Position numbers and translations under genes: made by a program
Assembly (NCBI GenBank): GCA_046299555.1
Contig: JBKBHS010000001.1
Location: forward strand, 928,009-992,008
Direction: 5' to 3'
Length of the DNA: 64,000 nucleotides
Source of the DNA: Bacteroidia bacterium
Lineage (GTDB): Bacteria; Bacteroidota; Bacteroidia; JACCXN01
Notes under the pieces: generated by a model
Told to the model about the DNA's origin: nothing
Database searches by the model: none
What the model saw: the letters and a program-made list of their open reading frames with translations, nothing else
Shown: positions 32,596-44,316 of the stretch, piece after piece
How positions within the stretch are numbered: the first letter of the stretch is position 1
Layout of the letters: the number at the start of each line of letters is the position of its first letter

Positions 32596-33924
32596 ATGCT
32601 CGCAGAATTTCTTCGCTTTGTAAAGTTGCAGCAGCTTTTTAAACAAGGCGAACCTTTGCTGGTAGCTGTTAGCGGAGGTAAAGATTCTGTTTGTCTGGCG
32701 CATTTACTTTCATTAGCTGAATTTAATTTTTCGATAGCACATTGCAATTTTAAATTAAGAGGAAAGGAAAGCGATGAAGATGCTTATTTTGTTAAGCAAT
32801 TTGCAAAAGAGTTGGGAGTAGATTTTTATCAGAAAGATTTTGATACTGCAAATTATGCCGATGAGAAAAAAATAAGTATTCAGGAAGCTGCGCGTGAATT
32901 ACGATATGCATGGTTCAGAGAATTGAAAAAGCAAAAGGGATTTTCAAAAATTCTTACAGCACATCATCAGGATGATTCGGTTGAAACATTTTTTATTAAT
33001 CTTTTTCGCTCCAGCGGAATTTCGGGACTTACAGGTATTTCAGCAATATCTGAAGATATAGTACGACCTTTATTGTTTGCTTCGCGTAATGAAATAGACA
33101 AACATATCCAAACCTTTAATCTTGCATACCGTGAAGATAGCAGCAATGCCAGCGATGCCTATTTGCGAAATAAAATTCGCCATACGATTATTCCCCGAAT
33201 TCAAGACTTAGATAATCGTTCTTACAAAGGATTATTGCAGAGTATAGAATTTTTAAAAAGCGACTATACGCTTTTTCAATATTTGATTAACAATGAAACA
33301 GAACATTTAATTAAAAAAGATGCTGATAAAATAATAATTGATTTGCCTTTGTTAAAGCAGCATGCAATGGCAGAAGCATTGCTTTTTCAAATATTAAAAC
33401 CTTTTGGATTTCATAAGAATGAAATAATTAAGGTATTGAATTGCGAAGAAAGTGGCAAATTGTTTTATACTACATCACACAGAGCCTTAATTAATAGAAA
33501 TGAATTCATCATTTCTAAAAGAACAGAAAACGATGTTTTAACATCGACATTTATTGAAGAGGATGAAACAGAAATTTTCTATCCTATAAAATTGCGGTTT
33601 GAAAAACTTGAGAAAAAACAAGTTGAATTTTCAGCAGATAAAAATACAGTTTATTTAGATGCTGATAAATTAAAATGGCCGCTAGAATTACGCAAGTGGC
33701 AAGCGGGAGATTGTTTTGTGCCCCTTGGTATGAAAGGAAGAAAAAAAGTGAGCGATTTTTTAATTGATGAAAAAGTATCGTTGATGGATAAAGAAAGTAC
33801 TTTTGTGCTTTTATCTACTAATGAAATCGTATGTTTAATAGGGCATCGTATTAGCAATCATTATAAAATTACTGAAGACACAATAAACATACTAAAGCTT
33901 GAATTAATTCCCGAAAATATTTAG
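32596..33924 (+). CDS. tilS: tRNA(Ile)-lysidine synthetase
   Basis: 442 aa; PP-loop SGGKDS at N-terminus; TilS-like C-terminal domain. Confidence 0.85.
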   Translation: MLAEFLRFVKLQQLFKQGEPLLVAVSGGKDSVCLAHLLSLAEFNFSIAHCNFKLRGKESDEDAYFVKQFAKELGVDFYQKDFDTANYADEKKISIQEAARELRYAWFRELKKQKGFSKILTAHHQDDSVETFFINLFRSSGISGLTGISAISEDIVRPLLFASRNEIDKHIQTFNLAYREDSSNASDAYLRNKIRHTIIPRIQDLDNRSYKGLLQSIEFLKSDYTLFQYLINNETEHLIKKDADKIIIDLPLLKQHAMAEALLFQILKPFGFHKNEIIKVLNCEESGKLFYTTSHRALINRNEFIISKRTENDVLTSTFIEEDETEIFYPIKLRFEKLEKKQVEFSADKNTVYLDADKLKWPLELRKWQAGDCFVPLGMKGRKKVSDFLIDEKVSLMDKESTFVLLSTNEIVCLIGHRISNHYKITEDTINILKLELIPENI

Positions 33925-33945
33925 TTTAGCTTAAAACATTCTCTT

Positions 33946-35175
33946 TTGGTACTCAATTATATCTGGATAGCATTTTTCATTATTGCATTTGTAGTGGCAA
34001 GTGTAAAGTTGTTTTTTATGGGTGATATGGAAGTTTTTCCGGAGCTTATGAAAACAACATTTGAAACTTCTAAAACAGCCTTTGAAATTTCATTAGGATT
34101 AACAGGCGTCTTAACACTTTGGATGGGGATTATGAAAATTGGCGAAAATGCAGGAATGATAAATTTTTTGGCCCGAATTACCAATCCATTTTTAAGTCGT
34201 TTGTTTCCATCCATTCCTAAAGGCCATCCTGTAATGGGGCAAATGATGATGAATTTTTCAGCTAACATGTTGGGCTTAGATAATGCAGCTACACCAATGG
34301 GTTTAAAAGCAATGACAAGCCTACAAGAATTAAATCCGGATAAAGAGAAAGCTTCGGATGCTCAAATAATGTTTTTAGTTTTAAATACTTCCGGATTAAC
34401 CATTATTCCGGTTAGTGTAATGGTATATAGAGCACAATTAGGTGCAGCTAATCCTGCTGATGTTTTTTTGCCTATTCTGTTAGCTACATTTTTTTCTACC
34501 ATTGCAGGAATAATTACTGTTTCTATTTTTCAAAAAATTAATTTACTAAACAAATGGCTTATTGGAGGCATTGCAGGAGCAAGCTCTTTAATAGCTTTGT
34601 TTATGTATTGGCTAAATACCTTATCGCAAGAGCAAATTAATACAGTTTCTTCGGTAGGTAGTAGCTTTATATTGTTTGGAATTATCATTTCATTTATTTC
34701 CATAGCCTTTTACAAAAAGATAAACGTATATGATGCATTTATTGAAGGTGCAAAAGATGGTTTTGGTGTGGCAATAAAAATTATTCCTTATCTGGTTGCC
34801 TTTTTAGTTGCAATAGCAGTTTTTCGTACATCAGGAGCGCTTACATACATAACTGATGCTATTGCAGTTTTATTTCAATGGTTAAACATTAATACGGACT
34901 TTATTCCGGCCTTACCTACTGCCATTATGAAACCTTTAAGTGGGAGCGGAGCAAGAGGAATGATGTTAGATACTATGAATGCCTATGGTGTAGATTCATT
35001 TGCCGGTAGGTTAGCTTGCATAATGCAAGGTGCTACAGATACTACTTTTTATATTTTGGCGGTTTATTTTGGTTCAGTAAATATTAGAAATACGCGTTAT
35101 GCAGCAGGAGCAGGTATTTTGGCAGATATAGCCGGAATTATTGCAGCCATTTTTATAGCCTATATATTTTTTTAA
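33946..35175 (+). CDS. nucleoside-recognition (Gate) domain membrane protein, SpmA/SpmB-like fusion
   Basis: 409 aa polytopic membrane protein with duplicated Gate-like regions. Confidence 0.6.
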   Translation: MVLNYIWIAFFIIAFVVASVKLFFMGDMEVFPELMKTTFETSKTAFEISLGLTGVLTLWMGIMKIGENAGMINFLARITNPFLSRLFPSIPKGHPVMGQMMMNFSANMLGLDNAATPMGLKAMTSLQELNPDKEKASDAQIMFLVLNTSGLTIIPVSVMVYRAQLGAANPADVFLPILLATFFSTIAGIITVSIFQKINLLNKWLIGGIAGASSLIALFMYWLNTLSQEQINTVSSVGSSFILFGIIISFISIAFYKKINVYDAFIEGAKDGFGVAIKIIPYLVAFLVAIAVFRTSGALTYITDAIAVLFQWLNINTDFIPALPTAIMKPLSGSGARGMMLDTMNAYGVDSFAGRLACIMQGATDTTFYILAVYFGSVNIRNTRYAAGAGILADIAGIIAAIFIAYIFF

Positions 35176-35374
35176 ATTAAAATAATTTTCAGTTAATGTT
35201 GCAATTGTAAAAATATTTATAAATTTGCCTCCATGTTATTAGCACAAACATATATTGCGTTTAATCGATTTATCTTCGGTCAGTATCGAATTTACTGGCC
35301 ATGCAATATTATTTGCTAATATTTTTCTCCCTTTTTAATTCCTTTTTTTACAATCATTTTTAAAAATTTCTGCC

Positions 35375-36535
35375 ATGCAGGATTTATCTACTTATATACT
35401 CGACAAGTTAAATACGCTTGTTGTAATGCTTGACGAAAGCGGAAATGCCTCATTTGTTAGCAATGCCTCTAAAAGCATTTTAGGCTATGAGCCTAAGCAA
35501 TTGCTCGGTAAAGGCTGGTTTGATTTAACTCGTAAAAATGAAACAGACAGGAATGCAATGCGCGAATTGGTTCAAAAAGCCATTAAAAACGAAAGTGCTG
35601 AATTGATTGCTTCGGGCGAGCGTTTGCTATATTCTGCCACAGGCGCTGAGAAATGGATTTTGTGGAATACCGTTAAAGGTCCTGATAAATCGTTAATTGC
35701 AATTGGTTATGACATAACCGAGCGCAAGTCTATGGAGCAAGCGCTCGAAAAAGCCAATAATAATTTATTAAAAAAGAATAAAGAAATTATTGAAAGCATT
35801 CAGTATGCACAACGCATACAGCAAGCTATTTTGCCGGATGTTTCTCAGATTAAGAAAGCATTTGGAAATGCATTTGTATTGTACAAACCCAAAGATATTG
35901 TAAGCGGTGATTTTTACTGGTTTTTTGAAAAAGGTAATGACAAATATGTTGCAGCCGTAGATTGTACAGGACATGGTGTGCCAGGTGCGTTAATGTCGGT
36001 TGTGGCTCATTCTTTATTTAAAGAAGTATTTATAAATAAAGGCTTAACAGAGCCGGTAGAAATTTTATCTGCAATTGATTTTGAGTTGCAAAAAGAGTTG
36101 GGTAAAAATCCTGATAAAGTAAAATCGTCAGATGGAATGGATGTAGCCTTATTAAAGTATAATAGCGAAAATCGTACAATTACTTTTGCCGGTGCATTCA
36201 GGCCTTTACTTTTGGTTAGAAATAATTTTGTAGAAGAGTTAAGTGGCAGCAGATTCCCAATTGGTTTTTACAGCGATGTAATAAAAGAGTTTACACAGCA
36301 TGAAATTAACTTACAACAAGGAGATGCTGTGTATCTATTCTCTGATGGATATGTAGATCAGTTTGGAGGAGAAAAAGGTAAAAAGTTAAATAGAAAAAGA
36401 TTTAAAGAATTGCTTTTAACCATATCAGAAATGGAAACAGATGAACAAGAAGCTTTTTTGGAATACGCATTTAATAACTGGAGACAGCAAGAGGAGCAAA
36501 CAGATGATATTGTTGTAATTGGGTTAAAGTTTTAG
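35375..36535 (+). CDS. PAS domain-containing PP2C/SpoIIE-family protein phosphatase
   Basis: N-terminal PAS; C-terminal PP2C motifs (SGDFYWFF..., DCTGHGVPGALMS, DGYVDQFGG). Confidence 0.8.
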   Translation: MQDLSTYILDKLNTLVVMLDESGNASFVSNASKSILGYEPKQLLGKGWFDLTRKNETDRNAMRELVQKAIKNESAELIASGERLLYSATGAEKWILWNTVKGPDKSLIAIGYDITERKSMEQALEKANNNLLKKNKEIIESIQYAQRIQQAILPDVSQIKKAFGNAFVLYKPKDIVSGDFYWFFEKGNDKYVAAVDCTGHGVPGALMSVVAHSLFKEVFINKGLTEPVEILSAIDFELQKELGKNPDKVKSSDGMDVALLKYNSENRTITFAGAFRPLLLVRNNFVEELSGSRFPIGFYSDVIKEFTQHEINLQQGDAVYLFSDGYVDQFGGEKGKKLNRKRFKELLLTISEMETDEQEAFLEYAFNNWRQQEEQTDDIVVIGLKF

Positions 36536-37077
36536 TATTTACGTTTATAGATTACTCTATATCCATATATAAGCAGCGTAGGGAAGAGCAGTACAAAAAT
36601 AAATCCTGCTACAGGATGGTCGAAGTGTTCCCACTCTTCAAAAAATAATTGTTTTATGCCAAAATAAGCACCATAAATTGAAATAATAACAAGGATGAAA
36701 AACATAAATTTTTCCAATTGGGCAAATTGTTTTTCATCCTCTTTACTGAATGTTTGTTTCTTTTTATAGTTCTGATATTCTTCTTTAAATCGATAAGCAG
36801 TACCGTATTTTTTGTCGCGATCTTTTTGTTCTTTTTCTTGCTTTTTTTGAAGAATTTCAATGGTAATTCCTAAATCGAGGCTAAGGTCGTATTGTTTTCT
36901 TTTTGAATCGTCAATTAAGGTTTGATAAGCTTTGTTAATTAGAATAAATCTTGCATTGGCATCTTTACTTTGGTTTACATCAGGATGATACAATAATGCA
37001 AGTTTTCGATATGCTTTTTTAATATCGCTTACACTCGCATTTCTGCTAATATTCAGTATGTGATAATAGTTGTTCAA
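36532..37077 (-). CDS. J-domain (DnaJ-like) protein with C-terminal transmembrane anchor
   Basis: YYHILNISRNASVSDIKKAYRKLALLYHPDVN J-domain with HPD motif; two C-terminal TM helices. Confidence 0.75.
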   Translation of the reverse strand: MNNYYHILNISRNASVSDIKKAYRKLALLYHPDVNQSKDANARFILINKAYQTLIDDSKRKQYDLSLDLGITIEILQKKQEKEQKDRDKKYGTAYRFKEEYQNYKKKQTFSKEDEKQFAQLEKFMFFILVIISIYGAYFGIKQLFFEEWEHFDHPVAGFIFVLLFPTLLIYGYRVIYKRKY

Positions 37078-37158
37078 TTATTATTAAAGATACAAAAAAA
37101 GTGAATAAAAGTTTTTAAATTAATTTTTAATTAATTCTTAAATAGTACTTTTACGCCC

Positions 37159-39135
37159 ATGTTATTTATGCTCAAAAATATTTTTAAAAAAATTCTTTAT
37201 TCTGGTGCTCACCCCGAGTTAAGTCAGGAGGATATAAATAGAATTTGGCTTTCAAATTTTTTGGCATTAACATCCGTTTTCTTTTGTTTGTTTTATAATA
37301 TCATCTATTATTACTTTAGTTTCTATACATTATTTACAATAAATAGCATTGCTATTTTGTTTTATTTATCTGTTTTAATAATTAATAGATATAATAATCG
37401 ATTAGCTAAATTATTTTTTTATGTAAGTATTGTAAGTAATATTTTTTTAGCATCTTCATTTTTTGGTCCAAATGCTCAAATACATTTATTATTATTTCCT
37501 GTTTCGCTACTTCCTTTTTTATTAATTGATTTTAAAAATTATAAAGAACTAATCAGATATTTTGCAATTTCTTTCATAGCCTTAAGTGTTTTATATGTTA
37601 CAGATTTTAGCTTATTCTACCATAATAATTTAAGTAATGAATTTATAGGCATATTAAATGCTGCCAGTAAAATATTTTCAATATTGGGTTCTATAATAGT
37701 TTTATTTTTAATTGTTTATATTCAAAATAAGTCTCAGGTTGAAATATTAAATGTTCAGGAAAATTTGCAAAATCAACTCAAATCCATTTTTGATCATTCA
37801 TTTGATGCTATTATATTAATTGAAAAGTCAAATAGCAAAATAATTAGAGCTAATCAAAAAGCTCATCAATTATTTGAAGTTGATAATATGCAAGGACTCA
37901 TAGATTTTTCTAAAAAATTTGTTTTAAATGAAAAATTATTGTTATCGGATTTAATTACAATAAATAAAGTATTGAATGAGAAAGGTTATTGGAAATCAGA
38001 AGCACAATTTGTATCCACTAAAGGAAAAGTATTTTGGGGGGCAATATCCATTAAAAATATTACAATAGACAATAGTTTAGCACAGTTAATTAGAATTACA
38101 GATATTACTGATAAAAAAGAAATTGAAATAAAACTTAAGGAAAGTGAAGAAAAATATTCAGGAATCTTTAATTCAACACCAGATGGGGTATTCTTGATTT
38201 CAGTAAAAAACGGTAGATTTTTAATTGAAGATAATAATCCAGTTCACCACGATTTTGTTTCACCTCTTTTTGGTGATTTTAAAGGAAAATATATTGACGA
38301 AATACTTCCTCCAGAATTAAGTAAAAATCTAATAAGTAAATATTTAGAATGTTATAATACAGGAAATACCATTAAATACGAAGAGTATATTCAATTGCCC
38401 GATAATAACAATTTTTGGTTTTTTACTATTTTAACTCCTATTAAAAATGCAAATGGTGAAGTAGTTAAAATACTTGGCTCTTCAAGAGATATAACATCTT
38501 TTAAGCAAGCAGAGGAAAATCTTAAAAATGCTTTAAAAGAAAAAGAAGTTTTATTATCTGAAATTCATCATAGGGTAAAAAATAACTTAGCAATAGTATC
38601 GGGATTATTAATGTTACAATCTGAAAAGGTAAAACATCCTGAAGATTTTTATTTGTTTGATGAAAGTAGAAATAGAATTAATTCAATGGCGCTCATTCAT
38701 GAAACTTTATATAGGAATGATGACTTTTCTTTGATAGATTTTAATAAATACCTTGTTGATTTAATTAAAAATATCAAAAATTCATATCAATTAAAAAATA
38801 AAGTTTCTTTTTCATTGAATATAGAAAATGTTGTACTACCCATTGATATAGCATTGCCACTTGGATTATTAGTAAATGAAATTTTGACTAATTCATTTAA
38901 ACATGCATTTAATTTTTGTGATAATCCGGAATTAAAAATTGATTTTATAAAAGCCCAAAAAGAACATAAATTATATATTAAAGATAATGGCCCCGGATTT
39001 GATTTTGATAAGTTTAAAAATAATGATAATTCTTTAGGAGCTTCATTAATTTTTTCTTTGGCAGAACAAATTAATGCTTCAATGGAGTATGTAAATGAAA
39101 ATGGATCGGAATATCAAATAAAGTTTATTGCTTGA
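37159..39135 (+). CDS. membrane-bound sensor histidine kinase (PAS domains, HisKA_2/HWE-type)
   Basis: ~6 N-terminal TM helices; two PAS-like regions; H-box EIHHRVKNNLAIVSGLL (HisKA_2); C-terminal HATPase; no adjacent response regulator. Confidence 0.8.
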   Translation: MLFMLKNIFKKILYSGAHPELSQEDINRIWLSNFLALTSVFFCLFYNIIYYYFSFYTLFTINSIAILFYLSVLIINRYNNRLAKLFFYVSIVSNIFLASSFFGPNAQIHLLLFPVSLLPFLLIDFKNYKELIRYFAISFIALSVLYVTDFSLFYHNNLSNEFIGILNAASKIFSILGSIIVLFLIVYIQNKSQVEILNVQENLQNQLKSIFDHSFDAIILIEKSNSKIIRANQKAHQLFEVDNMQGLIDFSKKFVLNEKLLLSDLITINKVLNEKGYWKSEAQFVSTKGKVFWGAISIKNITIDNSLAQLIRITDITDKKEIEIKLKESEEKYSGIFNSTPDGVFLISVKNGRFLIEDNNPVHHDFVSPLFGDFKGKYIDEILPPELSKNLISKYLECYNTGNTIKYEEYIQLPDNNNFWFFTILTPIKNANGEVVKILGSSRDITSFKQAEENLKNALKEKEVLLSEIHHRVKNNLAIVSGLLMLQSEKVKHPEDFYLFDESRNRINSMALIHETLYRNDDFSLIDFNKYLVDLIKNIKNSYQLKNKVSFSLNIENVVLPIDIALPLGLLVNEILTNSFKHAFNFCDNPELKIDFIKAQKEHKLYIKDNGPGFDFDKFKNNDNSLGASLIFSLAEQINASMEYVNENGSEYQIKFIA

Positions 39136-40819
39136 TAATTTTTTTTCTGTATATCTGTTCGTTATTTAGTATTTCTATAATATATAAGCCGGAAGATAAA
39201 TAATTTGTTTCAATACAATTATTATTACATATTTCACTTTTTATTATTTCACCTTTGGTGTTTATAATGGCATAATAAAATGGTTTCATAACATTTTCTA
39301 CGCATATAGTATTGTGAGTTGGATTAGGATATAGTGAAATATTATTTTGTACTAAATTGTTTCTTGTAATAGTATTTATATTGCTTGTATCGGTATAAAA
39401 AATGCTTGAGTTGATAATACAAAAATAGGAGTCAACATATAAGTCTTTATTATTTTGAAAAGCATTTGCAGTAATAGGTATATTAGCACTTTCAGTAGTT
39501 CCTGTAAAAAATAATTTGCCGCTAGGTACAATTTTGAAATCATAGGCTCTGTCTATACTATTGCCACCAAAATATGCTGACCAAATAGGCACGCCACTAC
39601 TATCGAGTGTTAATATATAGGCTTTTTCAAGGTTGAGAGGGTAATTGGTAAAGATGGTATCTGCCGGTAAAGAAATTGTATCACTAAGCGTATTGATTAA
39701 TGTTGTAACATTATTGTTTTTATCAATCAATATTTTGTCTGCAAAATCATCGCCATCTCCCCCTAAATAGGTGCTCCATGCAAGTTCTCCGTTTTTACTT
39801 AATTTAAAAATACAAGCATCAACACCATTATTTTTTGAGGTTTGAAAAGCATTTGGTGTTGTTACAAAATCCACACTGGAAGTTCTACCCGCTAAATATA
39901 AGTTGCTTGAAGAATCACTATGAATTCCATAAATATCGTCATAATTGGTTCCTCCAAAATAGGTAGCCCATAATAAATTTCCAGTGGGAGAAAATTTTGC
40001 AATATAAATGTCGAAAAATCCATTGTTTAAACTTTGAAGCGCATTTGAGCTAATGGATAAATCATTACTATTAGTCATTCCTGTAATAATTATATTATTC
40101 TCAAAATCGCTGGTAATAGCATGAGCATCTTCTGTTGAAGTGCCTCCGTAACAGGTTGCCCATAATAAGTGGCCATTTTGATTAAATTTTGCAATAAAAG
40201 CATCGTTTCCTCCAAGAGGAAGTGGCTGGAAAGCTCCTGTTGTGGATGGGAAATTAGAACTATTGGTTTGTCCTCCTATAATAATATTATTGTTTAAATC
40301 GATAGAAATATCAATTCCTAATTCTCCACCAATCCCACCAAAAAGGGTTGACCACACCAGGTTTCCGCCTGTATCGATTTTTATTAAAAAAACATCATAT
40401 TGCCCAGCATTGGTTGTTTGATAGGCTCCTGATGTAGTAGGGAAGTCAATACTATTGGTATATCCTAATAAAACTAAGTAATTGTCATTTGTTGCTTTTA
40501 TACCAGAAGCTATATCTACATTTGTTCCACCGATATATGTAGTCCAAATATGATTTCCCGATGAATCGAATTTTGAAATAAAAGCATCATAGCTACCTTT
40601 TAGGGTATCTTGAAATGAGTTTGAACTAGTTGGTAGATCAGTGCTTAAGGTATAACCGAAAATATAAAAGTTGTCATCTTTGTCAATAGCAATACTTCTA
40701 GCTTCGTCACCTTCGTTACCTCCAAAATAACTACTGTAAATTATTTCAGCAGATATGTTATTTTGTGCTATAATAAAGTTTGTAATGAAAAATAATATGG
40801 ATAATAAATTAAACTTCAC
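39125..40819 (-). CDS. SBBP beta-propeller repeat protein with T9SS type-A C-terminal sorting domain
   Basis: 564 aa; repeated ...YIGGTNVDIASGI / YFGGTNYDDIYGI / YLGGDGDDFADKI motifs; C-terminal ISLYPNPTHNTICV...SGLYIIEILNNEQ tail. Confidence 0.75.
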   Translation of the reverse strand: MKFNLLSILFFITNFIIAQNNISAEIIYSSYFGGNEGDEARSIAIDKDDNFYIFGYTLSTDLPTSSNSFQDTLKGSYDAFISKFDSSGNHIWTTYIGGTNVDIASGIKATNDNYLVLLGYTNSIDFPTTSGAYQTTNAGQYDVFLIKIDTGGNLVWSTLFGGIGGELGIDISIDLNNNIIIGGQTNSSNFPSTTGAFQPLPLGGNDAFIAKFNQNGHLLWATCYGGTSTEDAHAITSDFENNIIITGMTNSNDLSISSNALQSLNNGFFDIYIAKFSPTGNLLWATYFGGTNYDDIYGIHSDSSSNLYLAGRTSSVDFVTTPNAFQTSKNNGVDACIFKLSKNGELAWSTYLGGDGDDFADKILIDKNNNVTTLINTLSDTISLPADTIFTNYPLNLEKAYILTLDSSGVPIWSAYFGGNSIDRAYDFKIVPSGKLFFTGTTESANIPITANAFQNNKDLYVDSYFCIINSSIFYTDTSNINTITRNNLVQNNISLYPNPTHNTICVENVMKPFYYAIINTKGEIIKSEICNNNCIETNYLSSGLYIIEILNNEQIYRKKIIKQ

Positions 40820-40822
40820 TCT

Positions 40823-41752
40823 TTATGGTAATGATTTAAAAAAGTTCCATATTTCTAAAGAAGCATGAAAATCATAACAAGTAAAACCTATTGATTTTTG
40901 AGGCAAATATGGCTTGCTTCCGGGCCATGCATGGCCACCACCTTTCATGATGTAGTAATGTAAAACTTGGTTGTTTGCACAGTTTTTATATACTTGTTTT
41001 GTTACTGTAATACCATCTGTTTTATCTATATCTTCCAGTTTAATTGTTTCAACAGAATCTTTAACACATTTATTGGCTGTAAGCCAAAAATTTAATGTTT
41101 GTTCTGCACTTAAACATCTACCTAAATATTTTCCATCCATTTTTACCTCTCCTCCTTTAAATGGTACTACAGGATCTTGAATTCCTAAAATGGTTAAAAT
41201 TGATATGGATGTTTTAGGATTACACTTTAAAATTAAATTTTCAGGCATGGTAGCAATAATGGGAGCTATAGCTTTAATCTTTTCAGGTACTTCACATGCT
41301 AATCGATAACACATCATTGCGCCACTTGAGGCACCAGTAACAAATATTTTCTTTTTATCTATTCCATACTCTTTATAAACTTCATCAATCATTTGTAAAA
41401 TAAATCCAACATCATCAATTTGTAAAAGTTGTGAAGGTATGCCTTCAAAATCTCTTCCGTCATTCCAATATTTCTTAAAAGCTTCGGGATAAGCACAGAT
41501 AAAATTTTCTTTTTCGGCCAGCTCGTTCATACTGGTGTAGCTCATCATCGTTTTAGAATCTGTTCCTCCCGGATGTAATAAAATAACTAATGGCAAATTT
41601 TGATTTTTCTTAAATTTTGTTGAAGTAAATACATAATATTCTCTTTCGATATCCAAATGGATAGTTGAATGTTTTTTTAATCCGGCATAAGTTGTGTTGT
41701 AAGCCAAGATTAAAGTAATTAAAACTGATTTCAAGATAATATGCACAATCAA
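40823..41752 (-). CDS. alpha/beta hydrolase, esterase/PHB-depolymerase-like family
   Basis: 309 aa; signal peptide; nucleophile elbow GASSGAMM; LPLVILLHPGG. Confidence 0.6.
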   Translation of the reverse strand: MIVHIILKSVLITLILAYNTTYAGLKKHSTIHLDIEREYYVFTSTKFKKNQNLPLVILLHPGGTDSKTMMSYTSMNELAEKENFICAYPEAFKKYWNDGRDFEGIPSQLLQIDDVGFILQMIDEVYKEYGIDKKKIFVTGASSGAMMCYRLACEVPEKIKAIAPIIATMPENLILKCNPKTSISILTILGIQDPVVPFKGGEVKMDGKYLGRCLSAEQTLNFWLTANKCVKDSVETIKLEDIDKTDGITVTKQVYKNCANNQVLHYYIMKGGGHAWPGSKPYLPQKSIGFTCYDFHASLEIWNFFKSLP

Positions 41753-41767
41753 ATATATAAAAAAATA

Positions 41768-41793
41768 AAGCCCGAAGCATTGCTTCGGGCTTT
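41768..41793 (-). terminator. rho-independent terminator of groES-groEL
   Basis: gcccgaagc-att-gcttcgggc hairpin followed by T-run on minus strand. Confidence 0.8.
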
Positions 41794-41816
41794 GAAGGTA
41801 TAAATTTTATAAATTA

Positions 41817-43454
<1,638 letters not shown>

Positions 43455-43505
43455 TTATAGAGTTTTAGAGTGGTTAAAATGAAAATATAAATAAAGTTAA
43501 GTAAA

Positions 43506-43784
43506 TTAGATAATGGCGAAAATGTCAGATTCGCGCATAATTAAATATTCTTTACCATCAATGGTAATTTCTGTACCTGCATATTTGCCATATAAAATGG
43601 TATCGCCAACTTTTACAGTTAATGGTTCATCTTTTTTTCCTGTACCAACTGCAACTACTTTTCCTCTTTGTGGTTTTTCTTTTGCAGTGTCAGGAATAAT
43701 AATTCCACTTGCAGTTTTTTCTTCAGCAGGTGCTACTTCTACTAGTACGCGATCTGCTAATGGTTTAATGTTAAGATTTGCCAT
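43506..43784 (-). CDS. groS: co-chaperonin GroES
   Basis: 92 aa; [16 protein letters not shown]...[21 protein letters not shown]. Confidence 0.95.
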   Translation of the reverse strand: MANLNIKPLADRVLVEVAPAEEKTASGIIIPDTAKEKPQRGKVVAVGTGKKDEPLTVKVGDTILYGKYAGTEITIDGKEYLIMRESDIFAII

Positions 43785-43890
43785 AGTTCTTTCAATTAGG
43801 GTTTAACTTAATTAAGTTTTTATTGACGCTGTGTAGTTTGCATAATTTGTGCCAAATGAAAACAATGCATTTTTAACGCCATTTTTGCAC

Positions 43891-43937
43891 ATTGTGTAAA
43901 CAAAAAATGTCAGCATGCTGACATGCTGACATTTTTT
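43891..43937 (-). terminator. palindromic hairpin (likely secG terminator, possibly bidirectional)
   Basis: aaaaaaTGTCAGCATGCTGACAtgctgacatttttt: perfect 16-bp palindrome flanked by A-run and T-run. Confidence 0.5.
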
Positions 43938-43958
43938 GTGTTTTACTATATTTAAAGA

Positions 43959-44312
43959 TTATTTAGCGTCTTCATTAGGTGTGTTGTTCGACCCTTCAGG
44001 GGTTGGAACATTGGTTGGTAGTTGCGGAACGTCTTGTAATGGTTCGCTTTCTATTTGTTCTTTAATTTCAGATTCTTTTTCGGCTGCAACAGGCTTATCC
44101 ATGGTGCTTATCAGTAAACTCAAAACCACAATTACTGAAATTAGAACCCAGGTAGATTTTTCTAAAAAATCGGCTGTTTTTCTAACTCCCATCATTTGAG
44201 TTGAGCCGGATAAAGATGAATTAACTCCGCCTCCTTTAGGGTTTTGAACTAATATAACTAATATTAATAAAATACAAGCAATAATAATTAATATAGAAAA
44301 TAATGTTACCAT
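43959..44312 (-). CDS. secG: preprotein translocase subunit SecG
   Basis: 117 aa; two TM helices; LVQNPKGGG motif. Confidence 0.8.
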   Translation of the reverse strand: MVTLFSILIIIACILLILVILVQNPKGGGVNSSLSGSTQMMGVRKTADFLEKSTWVLISVIVVLSLLISTMDKPVAAEKESEIKEQIESEPLQDVPQLPTNVPTPEGSNNTPNEDAK

Positions 44313-44316
44313 TGTT

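Noticed and set aside
43785-43958. Searched groES upstream region for a CIRCE/HrcA operator
   Set aside because: No TTAGCACTC-N9-GAGTGCTAA-like inverted repeat is present; only the TGTCAGCATGCTGACA palindrome, reported separately.
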